A stretch of 49,781 nucleotides of DNA from an uncultured Ruminococcus sp. GTDB lineage: Bacteria; Bacillota; Clostridia; Oscillospirales; Ruminococcaceae. Positions 45,341 to 49,781 of this stretch are shown here, one piece after another. The stretch lies in assembly GCA_949299215.1 (NCBI GenBank), contig CASFZT010000002.1:1-49781 (forward strand), in the 5' to 3' direction. The notes beneath the pieces were generated by a model, which saw only the letters and a list, made by a program, of their open reading frames with translations, was not told the origin of the DNA and did no database searches. Made by a program: the position numbers and the translations under genes. Position 1 is the first letter of the stretch. The number at the start of each line of letters is the position of its first letter.

Positions 45341-46030
45341 TTATTGCGTTTCACGCTTTTTTCTGCGAATATAAAGTATATATTTTACCCCGAAAAATAC
45401 TGCGCTTGCAACCTCAATTGCAAGCGCTGTTATACATATTGGAGAGAGAAGGTCGTCTATATAATATCCGAGAATGGTACTGCATATCATACCGGGGAGA
45501 GTTCCTATCATTGACCCTATGGCATAATTTCTCCATTTCATTCCTGATGCGCCCAAAAACATACTTACTATATCAAACGGCAGGCAGCTTATAACACGCA
45601 GAAAAAACGCAAAATACATCTCATTGGACATATTTATATCCTGCACCTGCTTCATTTTCTTGTATTTTCCGATAATTCTCTGTACAAAGTCACGCTCTGC
45701 GAATCTGCCGATAAAATACGGTATATTTATCATGCAGAAAGTGCCTGCCGCATTTATTATAAGAGCAATAAAAATATTCGGAGATATCGTGCCGCAGGCT
45801 GTCATAAGCACCAGCATAGGAAAGAAGAATGTAACGGATTTAAGTGCAAACATTCCTATAATAACAAGTGCCGCAAGGAATATGTTTTCCGGCGTGTATT
45901 CAAGAATATGCTCGGTGGTGATGTGCCTGAAAATGGTGAAGTATAATATCGCACATACCGCTATCATTGCCAACGGCGCCGCCTCTATAATGAATTTTAT
46001 TATTTTTGTTCCCGTGAGTTTGCTTTTCAT
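45341..46030 (-). CDS. TVP38/TMEM64 (DedA-related, VTT domain) membrane protein
   Basis: 229 aa and polytopic, with a typical Lys/Arg-rich C-terminal end. Confidence 0.65.
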   Translation of the reverse strand: MKSKLTGTKIIKFIIEAAPLAMIAVCAILYFTIFRHITTEHILEYTPENIFLAALVIIGMFALKSVTFFFPMLVLMTACGTISPNIFIALIINAAGTFCMINIPYFIGRFAERDFVQRIIGKYKKMKQVQDINMSNEMYFAFFLRVISCLPFDIVSMFLGASGMKWRNYAIGSMIGTLPGMICSTILGYYIDDLLSPICITALAIEVASAVFFGVKYILYIRRKKRETQ

Positions 46031-46202
46031 ATTATCAGCCTCATTTGTTTTTTTCTACATTTTATTATAGCATTTTAAAACTGCATTTCAAGATGTAAAT
46101 GTGATAAAATGATGAAAGTGTGAATTATTGCTTGTTATTTGGAAAACATTATGCTATAATAATACAGGAAGTTATTTTGTATAAATATAACGGAGAAGTG
46201 CA

Positions 46203-47198
46203 ATGAATTATATAAATGAAAAATGTATTGTTTGCAATAAAAAATTTAAAGACGGCGATGATATTGTAGTTTGCCCTGAGTGCGGTACGCCGTATCACAG
46301 GGATTGTTATAATAAAGAGGGTAAATGTGTAAATACCGAGCTTCATGAAAAGAATGAGGCCTGGAAACCTGCCGCAGAGCGTGAAATTGATAATGCTCTG
46401 CCTAAGGATAAAATAGTATGTGAGTTCTGCGGACATGAAAATCCGCCGCTTGCATTGTTTTGCGATAACTGCGGATTTCCGCTTAGCTCGCTTGAAAAGC
46501 ATAATGAAAATATGCGTGTGAAGAAGGAATGGCAGAATAACGGAAATCCCGATGGCAGAGCAGGTGAGCGTCCGTCCGAACCGAGCGCATTTGACGTCAC
46601 GATACACCCATTTATTATAAATTTCTCAAATCCTCTGTGCGGACTTAATCCCGAGGAGGATTACGGCGGTGTGCGCCTTTGTGAGCTTGCAGATTATGTT
46701 GAGAATAATACACAGTATTATCTGCCGATATTCAAGCGCATAAAGGATACGGGCAGGTCGCTTTCATGGAACTTTGCGGCGATGCTGTTTCCCGAGTTCT
46801 ATTTTTGCAACAGAAAAATGCCGCTTGTTGCATTGGGAGTATTTCTTGTGAGAGCGGCAGCGTATTTTCCGTATATATTGCGCCAGATGGCATTGCTTAA
46901 TGAAAGCTTTGCGGGTATGGTGGATTTCAGAAGCACCGCTTTTCAGGTTATAGTTATTATATGCAATGCACTGTTTTATTCGCTGATGTTTGTGTGCGGT
47001 GCTTTTGCAAACAGCATATATTATAAAAAAGCAGTAAAGGCTGCGGCTAAAATAAAAAGGTCTGTTCCGCCGCAGACATTGAGACAGACATTAAGGGCAA
47101 AGGGAGGCACATCGGTCGCTTTGCTTACAATATCGATCGTTATTGCAGTACTGATAATGTTTATTTTGCCGACAGCTGTTTTGATGTTTGGAATGTAA
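46203..47198 (+). CDS. Membrane protein with an N-terminal RING/PHD-like Cys/His finger, a zinc ribbon, and a DUF2628-like TM region
   Basis: 331 aa with CIVCNKKF...CPECGTPYHRDCYNKEGKC, then CEFCGHENPPLALFCDNCG, and a C-terminal TM bundle. Confidence 0.7.
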   Translation: MNYINEKCIVCNKKFKDGDDIVVCPECGTPYHRDCYNKEGKCVNTELHEKNEAWKPAAEREIDNALPKDKIVCEFCGHENPPLALFCDNCGFPLSSLEKHNENMRVKKEWQNNGNPDGRAGERPSEPSAFDVTIHPFIINFSNPLCGLNPEEDYGGVRLCELADYVENNTQYYLPIFKRIKDTGRSLSWNFAAMLFPEFYFCNRKMPLVALGVFLVRAAAYFPYILRQMALLNESFAGMVDFRSTAFQVIVIICNALFYSLMFVCGAFANSIYYKKAVKAAAKIKRSVPPQTLRQTLRAKGGTSVALLTISIVIAVLIMFILPTAVLMFGM

Positions 47199-47222
47199 AT
47201 AATAATATAAAGGGGTAATATT

Positions 47223-48092
47223 ATGAAAGTAAAAAAGGCGGTCATTACAGCAGCAGGCTTGGGAACAAGAGTATTGCCTGCGTCAAAGTCGATGCCAAAG
47301 GAAATGATCCCGATAGTTGATACTCCGGCGATACAGTATATTGTGGAGGAGTGCGTCAGAGCAGGAATAACGGATATTTTGATAATTCTTTCAAGAGGAA
47401 AGCATGTTGTCGAGGATCACTTCGACCGTTCTCCCGATTTGGAAAAACGTCTGGCAGACACGGGAAAAACAGAGCTTTTACAGCAGATGATAGATATTGC
47501 TCACATGGCAGATATTACATACATCCGTCAGCAGGAGCAGCTCGGCCTTGGACACGCCGTTTTATGTGCAAAAAATTTTGTGGGAAATGAGCCGTTTGCG
47601 GTTTTGTACGGAGATGATGTAATTATAGGAGAGGACCCTGCAATTGCACAGCTTTGCAGAGCGTATGAAAAGTATAAGAAAGGCATTGTCGGAATAAAAG
47701 AAGTACCTACGGAAGATGTTGTAAGGTATTCGTCCATGAAAGTCAGGGCGCTGGACGACGGATATTTTGATATTACCGATATGATAGAAAAGCCAAAGCC
47801 AGAGCAAATGTTCTCAAATTATTCCATACTGGGCAGATGTGTGCTGCCGCCGGAGATATTTGATATACTTGAAAGGATACCGACCGGTGCAAACAATGAA
47901 CTTCAGCTTACCGATGCAATGAAGCAGCTTGCCGTTTCAAAGACCATGATCGGTGTGGATTTCACGGGCAAGCGTTATGATATGGGAAATAAGCTTGGTA
48001 TTTTAAAGGCTGCTATTGACGTAGGCTTGTCACGCAGCGATCTGCATGACGGACTTGCGGAATATATCAAGCAAAAGGCAGCGGAGCTTTAA
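47223..48092 (+). CDS. galU: UTP--glucose-1-phosphate uridylyltransferase
   Basis: 289 aa with KAVITAAGLGTRVLPASKSMPKEM and a GalU-typical overall sequence. Confidence 0.93.
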   Translation: MKVKKAVITAAGLGTRVLPASKSMPKEMIPIVDTPAIQYIVEECVRAGITDILIILSRGKHVVEDHFDRSPDLEKRLADTGKTELLQQMIDIAHMADITYIRQQEQLGLGHAVLCAKNFVGNEPFAVLYGDDVIIGEDPAIAQLCRAYEKYKKGIVGIKEVPTEDVVRYSSMKVRALDDGYFDITDMIEKPKPEQMFSNYSILGRCVLPPEIFDILERIPTGANNELQLTDAMKQLAVSKTMIGVDFTGKRYDMGNKLGILKAAIDVGLSRSDLHDGLAEYIKQKAAEL

Positions 48093-48195
48093 AAAACTTA
48101 CCGGCATAAAACATAATTGCTTTATGCCGGTCATATAATAATATCAACGTTTTTAGTGCATATAAAATTTTGTTGAAACTTTTTTTAAAAAACAC

Positions 48196-48224
48196 TTGAC
48201 ATTCACTAAAAATAGTGATATAAT
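48196..48224 (+). promoter_or_regulatory. Consensus promoter of the tRNA gene
   Basis: TTGACA-17 nt-TATAAT, about 35 nt upstream of the tRNA 5' end. Confidence 0.7.
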
Positions 48225-48259
48225 GATAAAGCGCTCTCAAGGAGAGCTGAAAAATATAT

Positions 48260-48336
<77 letters not shown>

Positions 48337-48417
48337 AATTAAAGTCAAAGAGTTCATACGAACATCATTTTAGGTAACGCAATCCCCCTAAAACAGATAA
48401 TTTCGGTATGAACTCTC

Positions 48418-48446
48418 TTGACAAATGTTATATTATACTGTATAAT
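48418..48446 (+). promoter_or_regulatory. Consensus promoter inside the tRNA-integrase spacer
   Basis: TTGACA-17 nt-TATAAT. Confidence 0.6.
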
Positions 48447-48452
48447 AAAATA

Positions 48453-48624
48453 CAGATAACGCCGCATTCACTAAGTCATTCAGATACTTATGATATCTGT
48501 TTGATGATGGTTGCATAGGGAACGCCAATTCTCAATGCAACTGTGGGTGCTTTATCTAATTGTTAATTTTAACACAAATAATACGCTTTGTCAACAAAAA
48601 TCGACAAAGCGTATTTTCTTTTTT
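48453..48624 (+). ncRNA. Candidate small RNA of about 170 nt (promoter-to-terminator unit without a convincing ORF)
   Basis: It is bounded by the consensus promoter at 48418-48446 and a perfect 13-bp terminator stem at 48580-48615 plus a T-run. Only weak, RBS-poor mini-ORFs lie inside. Confidence 0.4.
48580..48624. terminator. Strong intrinsic terminator (it also lies downstream of the integrase on the minus strand)
   Basis: AATACGCTTTGTC-loop-GACAAAGCGTATT followed by TTCTTTTTT. Confidence 0.8.
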
Positions 48625-48683
48625 ACAATATTTGTTTAATCTGCACAAAGTATTTTATGTTATTTATTGTTTATTACGGTAAA

Positions 48684-49676
48684 TCAAGCTTCACCCAGAA
48701 TTATATCCATTGCATTTCTTTTCTGTTGCTCCGATATATGCGTGTATCGGCTCAAAGTAACAGCAACGTCCGAGTGTCCGAGCAGTACACTTAATGTCTT
48801 TACATCGACCCCAATTTCAATTGCTCTGGTGGCAAAAGTATGCCGTAAGCCGTGAAAAGTAACCTGGTTCTGAATTCCTGCTGAATGTTCAATTCTGTGC
48901 CATACATCTTGCATTGTTTTAGGTTCAACTGGCTTCCCTCTGCGGAGCATCAGCACATAATCATCAGACTTTATGTTCAAGATTGACAGCCTTTTCATCA
49001 TTTTTTCACGATATTTTATAAACTCATTTCTCAAAATATCATTAAACGGAATATCTCTTATCGAAGTATCGCTTTTGGGTACTCCGACAACAAGTTCCGT
49101 CTTTGTCGACGAACCGTCAAGGGTATTAAGCCTGTTGACGGTTCTTTTTATATGCAGCACATTGTTCTCCAGGTCAACATCAGACCAACGCAGCCCCAGA
49201 ACTTCCCCAAGCCGCATACCTGTTGACAATGCAAGATATACCCCGAAATACAAGCTTTCATCAGAACGCCGCAGCTCTGCAAGAAGCTTCTGCTGTTCCG
49301 AAAAAGAAAGAATATGTATCTGTGGCTTTTTGACGTGCGGCAGCTCTACAAACTCTGCATAATTCTTGTTTATAAGCTCCAGTTCCATTGCCTTTTTCAA
49401 TGCCTTGTGCAGCATCAGCTTGATGTTATGCAAAGTCTTTGGGGACAGCCCTCCTCCATCTTTTTTGCTTCCGCTTTCCATTTCATAATTGAAAAAGCAT
49501 TGCAAAATGTCCGCATTAAGCTCTGACAGCTTGTATAAGCCGATTTGAGGGTTAATGTGGTTAGTTATGTACCCCCTGTACGAAATCGCCGTAGATTGCT
49601 TTATAGTGCGTTTAGCGTAAGTGTCATACCAGTAGAGCAGCCAATATGCTATTGTAATTTCATTATTCAAATTCAT
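48684..49676 (-). CDS. Tyrosine-type site-specific recombinase/integrase
   Basis: 330 aa with an N-terminal SAM-like domain. The catalytic signature is R (GMRLGE), HxxR (HGLRHTF), H (LLGHS) and Y (LSRYTH). Confidence 0.92.
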   Translation of the reverse strand: MNLNNEITIAYWLLYWYDTYAKRTIKQSTAISYRGYITNHINPQIGLYKLSELNADILQCFFNYEMESGSKKDGGGLSPKTLHNIKLMLHKALKKAMELELINKNYAEFVELPHVKKPQIHILSFSEQQKLLAELRRSDESLYFGVYLALSTGMRLGEVLGLRWSDVDLENNVLHIKRTVNRLNTLDGSSTKTELVVGVPKSDTSIRDIPFNDILRNEFIKYREKMMKRLSILNIKSDDYVLMLRRGKPVEPKTMQDVWHRIEHSAGIQNQVTFHGLRHTFATRAIEIGVDVKTLSVLLGHSDVAVTLSRYTHISEQQKRNAMDIILGEA

Positions 49677-49702
49677 TTCTATTTCTCCTCGTATAATATA
49701 TT

Positions 49703-49728
49703 TTAGGGTAATTTAACGAGTACCCTAA
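49703..49728. promoter_or_regulatory. Palindrome upstream of the integrase (possible operator)
   Basis: TTAGGGTA-N10-TACCCTAA, located 27-52 nt upstream of the integrase start codon. Confidence 0.35.
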
Positions 49729-49781
49729 TAAACCTCAACTACGCTCGGTAACAGAAAGCAGTGAAATTGGAATGAGCGTAG

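Larger units (their letters stand above)
48337..49781. mobile_element. Left end of an integrated element (prophage, ICE or island) inserted next to tRNA-fMet; it continues beyond the window
   Basis: A tyrosine integrase gene points toward the tRNA 3' end, 347 nt away. An imperfect inverted repeat abuts the tRNA, and the flank is AT-rich. Confidence 0.55.

Overview
This is a chromosomal window from a low-GC Firmicute of class Clostridia. The protein signatures look Oscillospiraceae/Ruminococcus-like, but that is inference only. Most of the window is tightly packed housekeeping genes: nrdR, pdp, cmk, ung, pyrG, nth, recQ, htpG, nfnAB-like, an ispH-rpsA fusion, plsC, rsmA, pflA and galU. These are arranged in a few long operons.

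Six things stand out.
1. An operon of four tandem, membrane-anchored class B sortase-like paralogs is followed by a SpoIID/LytB-like protein. No sortase substrate is visible in the window.
2. A modular, highly structured intergenic repeat of about 144 bp has three full copies and at least five fragments. Two full copies sit directly behind consensus promoters, where they would form the 5' leaders of the downstream genes. One 5' module serves as the htpG terminator.
3. An unannotated 22-codon, 4-Cys mini-ORF has a consensus extended -10 promoter and a strong RBS.
4. rsmA/ksgA carries an in-frame loss of the segment that holds catalytic motif IV (NLPY).
5. An initiator tRNA-fMet gene is immediately followed by a tyrosine integrase, marking the left end of an integrated element that runs off the window. 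A promoter-to-terminator unit of about 170 nt with no convincing ORF lies between them.
6. Regulatory sites can be read directly: a CIRCE operator before htpG, an NrdR box before nrdR itself, and a 7-codon uORF coupled by ATGA overlap to the TrkH/KtrB-type gene.

There is no CRISPR array, no rRNA, and no recognisable defence system. The partial CDS at 1..1307 is missing from the supplied ORF track and was found by manual translation. All family assignments come from motif recognition by eye; no database search was run.
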